From the NCBI GenBank assembly GCA_963727805.1, contig CAVSHF010000005.1:960001-1024000 (forward strand): DNA of 64,000 nucleotides, given 5' to 3'. Position 1 is the stretch's first letter. Each line of letters starts with the position of its first letter. Shown one piece after another: positions 51,929 through 62,495 of the stretch. Made by a program: the position numbers and the translations under genes. This stretch comes from an uncultured Nitrospiraceae bacterium. Its GTDB lineage: Bacteria; Nitrospirota; Thermodesulfovibrionia; Thermodesulfovibrionales; Dissulfurispiraceae. Under the pieces are notes generated by a model. The model was not told the DNA's origin. It saw only the letters and a program-made list of their open reading frames with translations, and did not search any database.

Positions 51929-53176
51929 TTACCTCCCCTTCCCGGTCTGCAGGGCCTTCATGACTGCCCCTGTGGCATCCTGCGCCGACTTGGCCACGTC
52001 GAGGGGATTCTTTGCGCATCCTGCAGCAAACATTCCCGCGCCCACGAGAGCAAAGCCTTCATCGGTATAAGAGGCCCCCTGAATTTTCGATGCTGGTTCC
52101 ATTCCGGTGGCGAGGACAACCATGTCTGCCTTTGTCCGGATCTTTTCGCCGGTAAGCATATCTTCGGCCTCAACGATAACATCGTCTGAGCCCGGATCTT
52201 GCTCAATCTTTGCAACTTTTCCTTTTATGAAGGTAACATTGGGATCGTCTTTAACTTGCACGTAAAACTTCTCGTACCTGCCGGGCGTCCTTATATCAAT
52301 ATAAAAAATGCTCGCTTTTGATTCAGGATTCTGCTCCCTCAGATAAAGAGTCTGCTTTAGTGATGCCATACAGCAAATATATGAGCAGAAGGCCAGGTGG
52401 TTCTCGTCCCTGCTTCCGGCGCACTGGACAAAAACTATCGACTGCACAGGCTTCCCGTCAGAAGGCCTTACTATTTTACCGCTAGTCGGCCCTCCAGGAG
52501 ATGCTAGACGTTCCATCATCATGTTGGTGATCACATTTTTTACCTTGCCAAAATTGAGGTTGTCTATCTTGGCGGCATCGTACGGCTTCCATCCGGTTGC
52601 AACAATTACAGCATCCACCTTGAGGTTGATCGTCTCAGCCTTCATGGTTAAATCGATAGCGTTGTATTTACATGCATCCTGACAAGCCTTTCCACAATCT
52701 CCGGAGCAGTGCTTGTCATCTATAACATATTTCTGGGGGAATGCCTGATTATACGGAAGATAAGCAGCCTTGATCCTGTCCATTCCGAAATTGAATTCAT
52801 TCACTCTTTCCGCTGGACATGCTTCAGCGCAGGCATTGCAGGCCGTGCAATTATCGTTCACATACCGCGGATCGACCTTAACCGTTACGTCATAGTTGCC
52901 GGGGCCTCCTTTCAACTCCTGCACTTCGGCCATGGTGTAGAAAGTTATGTTTGCGTTCTCTCTGATCCTTCGAAAATTTATCTCAAGACCGCAGGCTGGC
53001 GGGCACAGCTTGGGAAAATATTTATTGAGCTGCGCAACCCTACCGCCGAGATAGGGGTTCTTTTCGACGATGGTCACCTGGGCCCCTGTTTCCGCAGCCT
53101 CGACCGCAGCCGTCAAACCGCTGAATCCGCCGCCAATCACTAATATACGATTGGCTTTTTCACTCGACTCCGACAT
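51929..53176 (-). CDS. qmoA: QmoA (HdrA-like flavoprotein)
   Basis: IGGGFSG, YFPKLCPP, VQCAGSRD, CSYICC; follows aprA. Confidence 0.93.
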   Translation of the reverse strand: MSESSEKANRILVIGGGFSGLTAAVEAAETGAQVTIVEKNPYLGGRVAQLNKYFPKLCPPACGLEINFRRIRENANITFYTMAEVQELKGGPGNYDVTVKVDPRYVNDNCTACNACAEACPAERVNEFNFGMDRIKAAYLPYNQAFPQKYVIDDKHCSGDCGKACQDACKYNAIDLTMKAETINLKVDAVIVATGWKPYDAAKIDNLNFGKVKNVITNMMMERLASPGGPTSGKIVRPSDGKPVQSIVFVQCAGSRDENHLAFCSYICCMASLKQTLYLREQNPESKASIFYIDIRTPGRYEKFYVQVKDDPNVTFIKGKVAKIEQDPGSDDVIVEAEDMLTGEKIRTKADMVVLATGMEPASKIQGASYTDEGFALVGAGMFAAGCAKNPLDVAKSAQDATGAVMKALQTGKGR

Positions 53177-53288
53177 GCCGTTCCTCCTTTAACAATGGTT
53201 ATTAAGACGATTAATTCTCACAGCATGAAACACTTCCGCAAGGGATTGCGTGGCATTCCCTGCTTTGAGAACTAATTAGGGAAAAATA

Positions 53289-53310
53289 GGAGGGGCTTTT
53301 CAGCCCCTCC
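53289..53310 (-). terminator. Hairpin between aprA and qmoA
   Basis: GGAGGGGCT-4nt-AGCCCCTCC followed by a T-rich tract on the minus strand. Confidence 0.65.
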
Positions 53311-53321
53311 CCGGAAGTCAA

Positions 53322-55301
53322 CTAGGCAAACAGCTCTTTGTACGGAACTTTCTTGATTTCCCATGTGTTTGCTTCGGCGTTGTAGGTGGAGTTAACAAAG
53401 CACTTCCAGTCTTTGTCATTGATTGCGAGGAAGTCGCCTCTGTAGTAGTAGCCAGGATACCTGGACTCTTCCCTGAAGAGCATATGCCTTGCATGTGCCT
53501 CGACGGAAAGGATTCTGTGGTAGTTCTCCCAGCATCTCATGAGCTCGTGAAGGTTTGCCGCCGCCATCTTGTTGGCATCCTCTTTGAGCATCTCAAGTGC
53601 TTTCAGGCCCGTGTCGAGCATCGTCTTGGAGGTCATGTACCAAGTGCTGATACCGCCAAAGTACTCATCAGAGATCTTCTGAAGTCTTGCCTGAAGCATC
53701 TTGGGCTTGATGTAGTTCGGGTTAATAGTAGGGTCAGTCGAGTATACTTTGTATTTCTCGTAGACCTCATAAGGGAGATAGAGCTCTCCGGCGATTTCGT
53801 CGTTGGTCGCCTTGATTACCGGTTTGTAAGAAGCGTTGTCGAGGATAAAGGCAATTGCTGCCTTTGCAGCCATTCTTCCTTCGGCATGAGAGCCTGAGGA
53901 GAACTTGTGGCCGGAAGCACCGACAACGTCGCCGGCCATGAAGAGGCCCGGAACGGTCGACATCCTGTTATAGCCCCATGACCATTCTTTGGGTGTGCCC
54001 GGTATGTCGCCGGGGCCGCTGCACCAGAAACCTGCGCAACCTGCGTGCGAGCCGAGAAGGTATGGCTCAGTCGGCATGATTTCAGAAGGCTCCTTGTCCG
54101 GCTCAACGTTCTTGGATGCCCAGAGAACAGCTTGGCCGATACACATATCGAGGAAGTCTTCCCATGCTTCTGCCTCAAGGTGTTTGATCCTCTTGGCGTC
54201 CATCTTCGTGGCAAGCTCGGCCATAGCATCGTGGGTCCTCATGAGGATCGGGCCTTTGCCTTTTTTCATATCCATCATCATCATGTGGTTTCTGATGGCG
54301 GTTCCGAGCTTCTCAGCATAGGGGCTGTAAAGCTTCTTGGTCTCTTCAAAGTTCTCGCCTACGCAATAGTCTTCGCCGAGGGAGTTCGTCGCTTTGGCCT
54401 TAAAGAAAAGGAACCATGCGCCGACCGGACCGTATCCGTCCTTGAACCTGGCCGGTACGAACCTGTTTTCCATCAAGGTCAGCTCTGCACCGGCCTGCAT
54501 GCCGAGGGCATAACCTGAACCGGAGTTCCATACAGGATACCATGCACGACCCTGGCCTTCTGCAACCGATCTCGGCCTGAAACAGTTAACTGCACCACCA
54601 GCGGCGTTGATCATCGCCTTGGCCTTGAATAGATATATCTTGTTCTCTCTGACGCTAAATCCGGCGGCTGCGGCAACCCGTTTCGGATCATTGGCATCTT
54701 TGTAGAGCTTAACGATGAAGACTCTCTCATAATGGTTCTGGGCAACGCCGGTGGCTTTCCTGTTTACTTCGAGGGCTGCCTTTGCTGCTTCGGCTACAAC
54801 GACCTTGTAGGATTCGCCGTTGATCATGATCTGCCATTTGCCAGAACGGACAGGAACGCCGCCGTCTTTCAGCATGGCCTTGCCTGCTTCCTGCGCCTGG
54901 AACCCGTCGAGTGAGAAGCCGTCGTCGGCCTTTTTCCAGATTGGAAGTCCCCACTCCTCGAATAGATGGACTGAATCGTCAACGTGCCTTCCAAGGTCAT
55001 AAATAAGGTCTTCCCTGACAATACCCATCAAATCGGCTCTTACATATTTAACATAGTCTGCGCATTTATTCTCACCAAGATAGGTGTTGATGGCAGACAA
55101 TCCCATGGCCACGGCGCCGCTTCTGTCAGTGGCAGCCTTATCAACCATGGTAACCTTTAACCCCTTTGGGGTCGCCCAGCGGGATGCTTCAAAGGCTGCG
55201 CCGCAGCAAGCCATACCGCCGCCGATCAGCAGCAGGTCGGTCTCAACTTCAATGACTTCCGGCTTCTGGCAAAATGAAAATGTACAGGTCTCTTTTTCCA
55301 T
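53322..55301 (-). CDS. aprA: Adenylylsulfate reductase alpha subunit
   Basis: RSGAVAMGLSAINTY, WQIMINGESYK, GHKFSSGSHAEG. Confidence 0.97.
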   Translation of the reverse strand: MEKETCTFSFCQKPEVIEVETDLLLIGGGMACCGAAFEASRWATPKGLKVTMVDKAATDRSGAVAMGLSAINTYLGENKCADYVKYVRADLMGIVREDLIYDLGRHVDDSVHLFEEWGLPIWKKADDGFSLDGFQAQEAGKAMLKDGGVPVRSGKWQIMINGESYKVVVAEAAKAALEVNRKATGVAQNHYERVFIVKLYKDANDPKRVAAAAGFSVRENKIYLFKAKAMINAAGGAVNCFRPRSVAEGQGRAWYPVWNSGSGYALGMQAGAELTLMENRFVPARFKDGYGPVGAWFLFFKAKATNSLGEDYCVGENFEETKKLYSPYAEKLGTAIRNHMMMMDMKKGKGPILMRTHDAMAELATKMDAKRIKHLEAEAWEDFLDMCIGQAVLWASKNVEPDKEPSEIMPTEPYLLGSHAGCAGFWCSGPGDIPGTPKEWSWGYNRMSTVPGLFMAGDVVGASGHKFSSGSHAEGRMAAKAAIAFILDNASYKPVIKATNDEIAGELYLPYEVYEKYKVYSTDPTINPNYIKPKMLQARLQKISDEYFGGISTWYMTSKTMLDTGLKALEMLKEDANKMAAANLHELMRCWENYHRILSVEAHARHMLFREESRYPGYYYRGDFLAINDKDWKCFVNSTYNAEANTWEIKKVPYKELFA

Positions 55302-55319
55302 AGTTCTTTCCCCCTTACC

Positions 55320-55739
55320 TTAGTCTTTCTTCGCCGGAGCATTGAAGAATCCCGGCTGTTTGATGGTTGCGAAATCGGCCTCCGGTTTCCCTGTATAGGG
55401 ATCGATCGAGCCTTCAGGAGTTGTCCTGATGGGGAATTTGAATCTCTTAAGAGACCCGTTCCTGAATTTCACGGTCCACATGATCGAGTCAGTGCCTCTC
55501 ATCGGGATAACGCTACCACCTAGCGGAACGAAATCCTGGTAGCCTCTCACTTCAATCGCCTGCTGAGGGCAAATCTTTACACAGTTGTAGCACTCCCAGC
55601 ACTGCTCGGGTTCCTGATTGAATGCCTTCATGATGCCCCTATCAAGAGCCATGAGGTCATTCGGACAGATGTACTGACAGGCTGTCTTGTCCTGAGCCTT
55701 GCAACCGTCACACTTCTCAGTAATTACGAAACTTGGCAT
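55320..55739 (-). CDS. aprB: Adenylylsulfate reductase beta subunit
   Basis: CDGC...CQYICP, CWECYNCVKICP, RFKFPIRTTPEGS. Confidence 0.97.
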   Translation of the reverse strand: MPSFVITEKCDGCKAQDKTACQYICPNDLMALDRGIMKAFNQEPEQCWECYNCVKICPQQAIEVRGYQDFVPLGGSVIPMRGTDSIMWTVKFRNGSLKRFKFPIRTTPEGSIDPYTGKPEADFATIKQPGFFNAPAKKD

Positions 55740-55911
55740 TATGCAACCTCCTTGTTGTGTTATGAGTGATTTAAGCCTTAATACATTTAAGAAATGGCGC
55801 CGAACCCCTGCTATCTCTAACCTTTCCGGACACCTCCTTTCATTATAGCCATAGGAAACAGCCTGATTATCCTGATCACGGCGGCTTCCCCCCTAGCCTG
55901 ATGTTTCAATA

Positions 55912-57132
55912 TTATTTTTTCTCTCCTTCGGCGTACTTGTGCAACTTAATCTCTACCTTTTCGGTGAGCCCGGCATAATACTCTCTGAGGATATTGAGAA
56001 CCTCGATTCGGCTGAACTTCGGCGTAACCTCTTCGCCCTCTGAAAGCATCTTCCTCAACTTGGTTCCACTGAGCATAATCCGATCGTCTTTGCCATGCGG
56101 ACAGGTCTTCATCGACGCCATGCCTTCGCACTTGTCGCAATAGAAGGTCCAGTCGATGTTCAGCGCCTTGGTCTCAAGCGCATCTTTCGGGATGACGTCG
56201 AATATCTTCTGCGCATCGAACGGGCCGTAGTACTCGCCAACGCCTGCATGGTCACGGCCGACGATGAGATGGCTGCAGCCGTAATTCTGCCTGAAGAGAG
56301 CGTGAAGCAACGCCTCTCTCGGACCGGCATAACGCATATCGAGCGGATACCCGCCAACCTGGACGGTGTTTTTCACAAAGTACTTTTCGACAAGGACATC
56401 GATGCATTTCTGCCGGACATCAGAAGGAATGTCCCCCGGTTTGAGTTTGCCCAGAAGCATGTGAATGTAAACGCCGTCGCAGACTTCAACTGCGATCTTT
56501 GCAAGAAACTCATGTGAACGGTGCATCGGGTTCCTGGTCTGGAATGCTGCAACCCGGCTCCAGCCCTTTTCTTCAAAAGATTTTCTAGTTTCAGCCGGAC
56601 GCTGATAGATGGTCGGATACTCGGTCGGGAAGGTGCCTTCGCTTATGACCTTGACCGGTCCTGCAAGGTTGACCTCTGCCTGGTCCATAACCATCTTGAC
56701 GCCAGGATGCTCGACTTCGGTGGTCTTATAGATCTCTTTGCACTCATAAGCTTTGTCGATGGTGTACTTCTCGGTGACCTTCATGGTCGCCATGATCTCG
56801 TTAAACTCATCAGAGAAGAGTGCAATCTCTTGGCCTTCTTTGATGCCGTCGGCATCAGCCTTGGAGCATGAAACAGTAATCGGGATCGGCCAGAAGGTGC
56901 CATCGGCCATCTTGAACTCGGCGCAGACGCCTTTCCAGTCAGCTTTGGTCATAAAGCCAGTGAGTGGGGTGAAGCCGCCAATACCCATCATGATGAGGTC
57001 GCCGGTTTCGCGTGAGCTTATGTTGATCTTCTTGAGTCCCGCAGCTTTTTTCTTCTCGGCCTCGAGTGCCGCACCAGTTAGCAGCAGCGGTTTAAGTTTC
57101 TTTTCTTTACCATGGGGATTTACTAATGCCAT
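55912..57132 (-). CDS. sat: Sulfate adenylyltransferase
   Basis: [30 protein letters not shown]. Confidence 0.97.
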   Translation of the reverse strand: MALVNPHGKEKKLKPLLLTGAALEAEKKKAAGLKKINISSRETGDLIMMGIGGFTPLTGFMTKADWKGVCAEFKMADGTFWPIPITVSCSKADADGIKEGQEIALFSDEFNEIMATMKVTEKYTIDKAYECKEIYKTTEVEHPGVKMVMDQAEVNLAGPVKVISEGTFPTEYPTIYQRPAETRKSFEEKGWSRVAAFQTRNPMHRSHEFLAKIAVEVCDGVYIHMLLGKLKPGDIPSDVRQKCIDVLVEKYFVKNTVQVGGYPLDMRYAGPREALLHALFRQNYGCSHLIVGRDHAGVGEYYGPFDAQKIFDVIPKDALETKALNIDWTFYCDKCEGMASMKTCPHGKDDRIMLSGTKLRKMLSEGEEVTPKFSRIEVLNILREYYAGLTEKVEIKLHKYAEGEKK

Positions 57133-57188
57133 ATAAAATATCCTCCTCTTTATTGTTACTCTTCAAGACAAAGCTTGAAATTCAGAGA

Positions 57189-57836
57189 TTAACTGAGTCC
57201 TAGCTTGCTGCATACTTGTTTGAATATATCGTCGATGCTGCCGGTACCGGCAACCGATTTTACAATACCCTTCTTGTTGTAATAATCGATTAGTGGAGCG
57301 GTGGAGGCGGTGTATACCTCAAGGCGCTTCTTGATCGTTTCTTCTTTGTCATCATCCCTCTGGAACAGCGCGCCACCGCACTTATCGCAGACACCTTCCT
57401 TTTTTGACGCAGAGGAATATATGTTGTACATCTGTCCGCAAGCCTTGCAGGTCCTCCTTCCGGTAAGCCTTTTCATAAGGTCCTCAAAGGGGACGTCAAC
57501 GCTAAGAGCTGCATCAAGCGACATTTTGAGCGCTGCCAACATCTTGTCGAGAGCCTCTGCCTGCGATGTATTCCTCGGGAACCCATCGAGGATATAGCCT
57601 TTCTTACAGTCATCCTGTTTCAGCCTTTCTTCGACCATGCCGAGAACGACTCTATCCGGGACGAGTTCACCCTTATCCATAAATGATTTTGCTTCCTTAC
57701 CAAGCGCCGTACCGGACGCCACAGCTGCCCTCAAAAGGTCTCCTGTCGAGACCTGTGGGGTACCATACTTTTCAACTAACTTCTTTGCTTGTGTACCTTT
57801 TCCGGCACCTGGCGCACCGAGAAGAACGATTCTCAT
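57189..57836 (-). CDS. adk: Adenylate kinase (Zn lid)
   Basis: GAPGAGKGT, DGFPR, CKAC...CDKC. Confidence 0.97.
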   Translation of the reverse strand: MRIVLLGAPGAGKGTQAKKLVEKYGTPQVSTGDLLRAAVASGTALGKEAKSFMDKGELVPDRVVLGMVEERLKQDDCKKGYILDGFPRNTSQAEALDKMLAALKMSLDAALSVDVPFEDLMKRLTGRRTCKACGQMYNIYSSASKKEGVCDKCGGALFQRDDDKEETIKKRLEVYTASTAPLIDYYNKKGIVKSVAGTGSIDDIFKQVCSKLGLS

Positions 57837-57959
57837 TCAGAGACCTCCAAATTTATAAGGATAGTAATTGCGGTATATACGTTAAACAGTGGGAAATTTG
57901 AAAATCAATTTTAAAATTATAATCAGAAGATTAGTTTTCCTTATAAATAATGCAAGTGA

Positions 57960-58562
57960 CTAATATAAATGACTTTTTATGTGAGCTTTGAGCTTTTTAA
58001 GTGCCTCATTACGGTGACTGAGAGCATCTTTTTCTTCCGGCCCCATCTGTCCGAAGGTTTTTTTAAGGCCTGTTGGGTAGAAAACAGGGTCATAACCAAA
58101 TCCCATTGTTCCGATGGGATATTCACCGATTCGCCCTTCGATGGTACCATTAAATGTATATATTTCGCCATTAGGGCAAACCAGCGCAATCACGCAGACA
58201 AACCGGCCTCCTCTCTTTTCTGGAAGCAGGTCTTTCATGTCAAAAAGCAATTTGCTATTATTGGTCTTATCATCGGCAATCGTGCCGGCATATCGCGCTG
58301 ATCTTACGCCGGGCGCGCCGTTCAGCGCATAGACCTCAAGCCCCGAGTCATCGGATACCGCCATCTTCCCAGTACATTTCGATATTGCAACAGCTTTTCT
58401 TATTGCATTCCCTTCAAAGGAGTCCTCATCTTCATCAACTTCAGGACATAAGGGAAAGTCGTCAAGGGTCAAGACCGTGATTTCCATCCCGTCGAGGATC
58501 CGGCGAATCTCTTCGACCTTTTTTTTATTTCTCGTGGCAAGTACGATCTCCATGGTCTTCAT
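57960..58562 (-). CDS. rdgB: Non-canonical purine NTP pyrophosphatase (Ham1)
   Basis: ATRNKKK, DDSGL, GFGYDP, SHR. Confidence 0.95.
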   Translation of the reverse strand: MKTMEIVLATRNKKKVEEIRRILDGMEITVLTLDDFPLCPEVDEDEDSFEGNAIRKAVAISKCTGKMAVSDDSGLEVYALNGAPGVRSARYAGTIADDKTNNSKLLFDMKDLLPEKRGGRFVCVIALVCPNGEIYTFNGTIEGRIGEYPIGTMGFGYDPVFYPTGLKKTFGQMGPEEKDALSHRNEALKKLKAHIKSHLY

Positions 58563-59701
58563 CTTAACAGAGGTGGGGAAATAATTTCTGCATAACCATC
58601 TTGCAGTACCCTATCATTATTATGTCACTGTTATTGGTTTGAAGAAGCTATGCATGTTGTACTGCTGAGAAATATTTCCTGGAAGTGCTTAAAAGCCTTT
58701 CTTTGCAAATTGGCTCAGCTGCCCACGCACGACTTATTTTACCCGGATAGGCTGCGTTGCATCCGTCATCGGGGGTGCAGCCAGCGGTGTCGGATTAGTA
58801 ATTCATGTATAAAGCGACAATGTCTTGCTCTTCAGGAACTGTCGGTCATCGGAGACGAACATGACGGTTTTGCCGTGGAATGGCATCGCCGTTCGCCGAC
58901 GGGGAAACTCATATCTAAGGATGTCTCTCCTTTGGCAACGCATCTGTCTTTCTTACAAGACCCTTCACTTTCTCCTTTACTCACAAAATTGTTAGTTCTA
59001 TCAGAATCCCCTCTCCCTGTTGCTTATATAAAAAAAATAAGCGTTTTACTCATTTTTAATGGCTCAGGAGCATATATTTTTACGATACCATATTTTCTAC
59101 CTGGACAATGTTAAGGGCGGACCCTTCTTCTTCTTTTCATTTCTTGGCCTTCGTCATCCACGATCCCTAGCCCTCAGAGTCGGGAAATCCCCAGCATCGT
59201 CTACAAAAAGTATATATTTGCCTCAGAGCCTCTAGCCCAAGCATAAAAAACTATCGCTATCGAGCGACTGGCCTTCAAGAGGGGAAGCTTCAGGGCAAAC
59301 TGTATTGAAGTGCCGCAGCCTGTTGCTATGGCCGTATCTGCCGGCAATAGACCTTCTGCAGGGCTCGACGTATGCGAGCTACCTTGGTGCGGGTCCCCGA
59401 TGCAGAAGAATGTCGCTGGATAGCAAGTAACCGCTGACACCCTAAGATCATAAGGCTGAAAATTCAGGTATCCTTTCTTGGACAGCATTTGTGTAATAGA
59501 GCTATTGAGTCATAGAAATACATGGAAATTAAATAATATTTCTAAGTAATCAAGCGGTTTAGCTATCTAAGTTCAGGACTATTTCTCAAATATATCTTTG
59601 TGGCTATTTATTTATAAGGGATTTAGATGTATTAAGTCTATGCGGGTGGGCAATTTGTTTCAGCAAAGGCATCTCCTGAGATTAGGACAAGAAATACATA
59701 A

Positions 59702-59737
59702 AAAAGGAGGCAAATTCGTCAGACTTTGCCTCCTTTT
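59702..59737 (-). terminator. Rho-independent terminator
   Basis: AAAAGGAGGCAAA / TTTGCCTCCTTTT just after the stop at 59756. Confidence 0.75.
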
Positions 59738-59755
59738 CCGCTTAAAAGAATCGGC

Positions 59756-61639
59756 TTATTTTACGATTGGCTTGTCCCCTGCCATTCCAAAAGTCATCAC
59801 AGCATCAATCCCCGGATCCCAAATATTATTTCCGTTAGTATCGACATACCAGGTACCATTTCTGAATACGCCAATCTTTGTCTTTCCGTCGCCATTCCAG
59901 TCGCCGATAACGGGGATATCCCCGGCTGTACCGAAGGGAATTGTTGCATCAACACCTGGATCCCATTCATTGTTCCCGTTCGTATCGAGGTACCAATAAC
60001 CATTTCTGAATACGCCGATCTTAATCTTTCCGGTACCATTCCAGTCGCCGACAACGGGGATGTCTCCGGCTGTACCGAAAGGAATCGCCGCATCAACACC
60101 TGGATCCCATGCATTATTGCCGTTCGTATCGAGGTACCAATAACCATTTCTGAATACGCCGATCTTGGTTTTCCCATCACCATTCCAGTCACCAACAACA
60201 GGGACATCTCCGGCCATACCGAAGGGAACCACAACATCAACACCCGGATCCCATGCATTATTCCCGTTCATATCGAGATACCAAATGCCGTTTCTGAATA
60301 CACCGATTTTTTTCGTGCCAGTGCCATCCCAATCACCCATGACTGGTATGTCTCCGGCTGTTCCAAAGGGACTAGCAGTGTCCACACTTGCATCCCACAT
60401 TCCGTTTTGATTCATATCCATGTACCACATGCCGTTTCTGAATACACCTATATGTGATTGTGTGGCGGTTACCGAAACCGTAGCGCTCATGCTTGTAGAG
60501 ACATTACCAGCTGCGTCCTTGGCCCAGGCATAGAAGGTTCTGCTGCCTGCTGCAGAGGCAGTGTGCGATGTCGGAGCGGTTGCGGACCATCCTGCGGCGG
60601 AGGCAGTAGGCGCAGTTGCGGTCTCTGTAACAATATATCCAGTTACTGCTACGTTGTCCGTGGCGGTGAAAAGGGTAATCGGAACATTGAGAGAAGTGGC
60701 AGTGGCAGGCATAGTGAATCCAGTCACTGTGGGAGCCGTAGTGTCAATGGTAATGGTTATAGAAGCACTGAGACTGGTCGAGACGTTACCCGCAGCATCC
60801 TTTGCCCATGCGTATAGGGTATGAGCGCCTGCGGCAGCTACAGTATATGAAGTAGGGGCCGTTGCGGACCATCCCGCTGCTGAAGCGGCTGGCGCCGTAG
60901 CCGATTCACTAACCAGATAACCGGTCACCCCAACGTTATCCGTTGCGGTGAAACTGGTGATTGATATGGTCAAAGAGGTTGCAGTTGCCGGAATAGTGAA
61001 AGCTGAGACAGTAGGAGGAGTGGTGTCAGGGGGAAGGGTGATTGTGACTGAAGCGCTTCTGCTTGCTGACACGTTACCCGCAGCATCCTTTGCCCATGCG
61101 TAAAGGGTATGAGCACCTGCGGCAGCTGCAGTATATGAAGTAGGGGCCGTTGCGGACCAACCCGCTGCTGAAGCGGCTGGCGCCGTGGCCGATTCACTAA
61201 CCAGATAACCGGTCACCCCAACGTTATCCGTCGCTGTGATGCTAATGCCTGATACGGTCAGTGAAGTTGCGGTAGCCGGGACCGTAAAAGCGGTCACTGT
61301 CGGCGGAATAGTGTCTACTGTGGCAGCTGGATGACTCGTTGCGTCGCCCGGCCATGTTAATGCTTGAATCTCGACAATGTTGGTATAACCATCACCATCC
61401 GAATCCTTTTGCTCAATAGCAGTAAAACTATGACCCGCAGTTGCAAAATCGTTTCCATATCCATTACGAGTACCGCCTCCCGCCGGGTCTATATGGCACA
61501 GTTGACATTGACCAAGTGTCGCAGCCGCTGCTGGATAGGTAGTCATAAAAGTGTCTAGATAGGTCGGCAATGCGCTTGCTGCAGTAGCACCCACGGCTAC
61601 AATTGCTAATGCGACAATTAATTTGATAATCCGTTTCAT
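59756..61639 (-). CDS. Secreted modular protein: monoheme CxxCH domain, 3 Ig-like repeats, 5 FG-GAP-like repeats
   Basis: Signal peptide, CQLCH, three ATDNV..TGY...YAWAKDAAGNVS repeats, five 48-aa IGVFRNG.WY...FG..GD.P repeats. Confidence 0.85.
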   Translation of the reverse strand: MKRIIKLIVALAIVAVGATAASALPTYLDTFMTTYPAAAATLGQCQLCHIDPAGGGTRNGYGNDFATAGHSFTAIEQKDSDGDGYTNIVEIQALTWPGDATSHPAATVDTIPPTVTAFTVPATATSLTVSGISITATDNVGVTGYLVSESATAPAASAAGWSATAPTSYTAAAAGAHTLYAWAKDAAGNVSASRSASVTITLPPDTTPPTVSAFTIPATATSLTISITSFTATDNVGVTGYLVSESATAPAASAAGWSATAPTSYTVAAAGAHTLYAWAKDAAGNVSTSLSASITITIDTTAPTVTGFTMPATATSLNVPITLFTATDNVAVTGYIVTETATAPTASAAGWSATAPTSHTASAAGSRTFYAWAKDAAGNVSTSMSATVSVTATQSHIGVFRNGMWYMDMNQNGMWDASVDTASPFGTAGDIPVMGDWDGTGTKKIGVFRNGIWYLDMNGNNAWDPGVDVVVPFGMAGDVPVVGDWNGDGKTKIGVFRNGYWYLDTNGNNAWDPGVDAAIPFGTAGDIPVVGDWNGTGKIKIGVFRNGYWYLDTNGNNEWDPGVDATIPFGTAGDIPVIGDWNGDGKTKIGVFRNGTWYVDTNGNNIWDPGIDAVMTFGMAGDKPIVK

Positions 61640-62039
61640 TTGCATCCTCCTCTTAGGACTAATGATCTTGAATAGATCCCACGCACTATGCAGTGCCATG
61701 CTGATTTAATAATACAGAATTAATATGAAATAATTATTAAGAAAGAATTAAGTTTTCTTAATTATTACTCTGTAAGCAGATTCTTTATCCTTGTCAATCG
61801 GGGGCTAGGTAGCGTGCAAAAGTGGCTCCCAGCATTGGAGTCAAAAATAGGACAAGGGCGCCTACGGCTTTAGATGAATAACATTCAGCGTATTAAGCCA
61901 TATATGAATCCAACTGAAAGAACTCAATTCTGAGGCCTAATCTAGTATTATAAAAGCGTCACACATATATAGAGCATTTTGAGCGTACATGGCACGTGAA
62001 TCTCTCATGATCACAAATGAATGTTCTCTTGCCAACGAT

Positions 62040-62220
62040 CAGCTATTGCCTTTCCATTGTCTGCGGCAAACCCGCAGGGATGATCGCGAACTCATCACCG
62101 TCGATTATTGCAATCATATCATCAAGTCAGATAAGCACCCTGTCTCCCTCCCGGTGGCCAAATTAATCGTTAATTTTCTTCAGGCAGTCGAGGTTAGCTA
62201 ACATTAGAAAATAGGTCCCG
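62040..62220 (-). pseudogene. GGDEF-domain remnant
   Basis: LANLDCLKKIND*FGH and DDMIAIIDGDEFAII. Confidence 0.55.
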
Positions 62221-62495
62221 CCTACGATCATCTATTATAAGGGTGCTTGTGTAGGCAACCCCAAAAGACGAACTGTTCAAAACTGGTCATAGTCGTAATG
62301 TTCGAGGGCATAGGGCATTACCGGATAATATAAAGTCATCAGGAGCATTAGCAGAAACTGACGGCACCCCATAATGTTCATAGAAACTTCTGCATGACCG
62401 GAGGGGGTATGTTGTGGATCAAATCTGTTAATAAGAGCTGAGAGGCCTGCATCAAGTCATAATTCTCAAGGTCAAAGCAAAAGCGGTCAGGACAA

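Noticed and set aside
49787..53176. Possible selenocysteine in HdrA-like QmoA/QmoB
   Set aside because: Both frames are full length with no in-frame TGA.
57837..57959. Rex operator upstream of adk-sat
   Set aside because: No TTGTGAA-N4-TTCACAA-like site found.
58620..59500. Long intergenic stretch considered for an ncRNA, riboswitch or ABC-F remnant (FHGKTVMFVSDDRQFL)
   Set aside because: No recognisable RNA family motif, and the protein resemblance is too short to support by eye.
59726..60457. 243-aa repetitive plus-strand ORF
   Set aside because: Shadow of the 144-bp coding repeats on the minus strand; these repeats are protein-coding, not CRISPR or DGR.
61682..61698. TGGCAC...TGC sigma54-like promoter on the minus strand
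   Set aside because: GG-to-GC spacing is 11 nt rather than the required 10.
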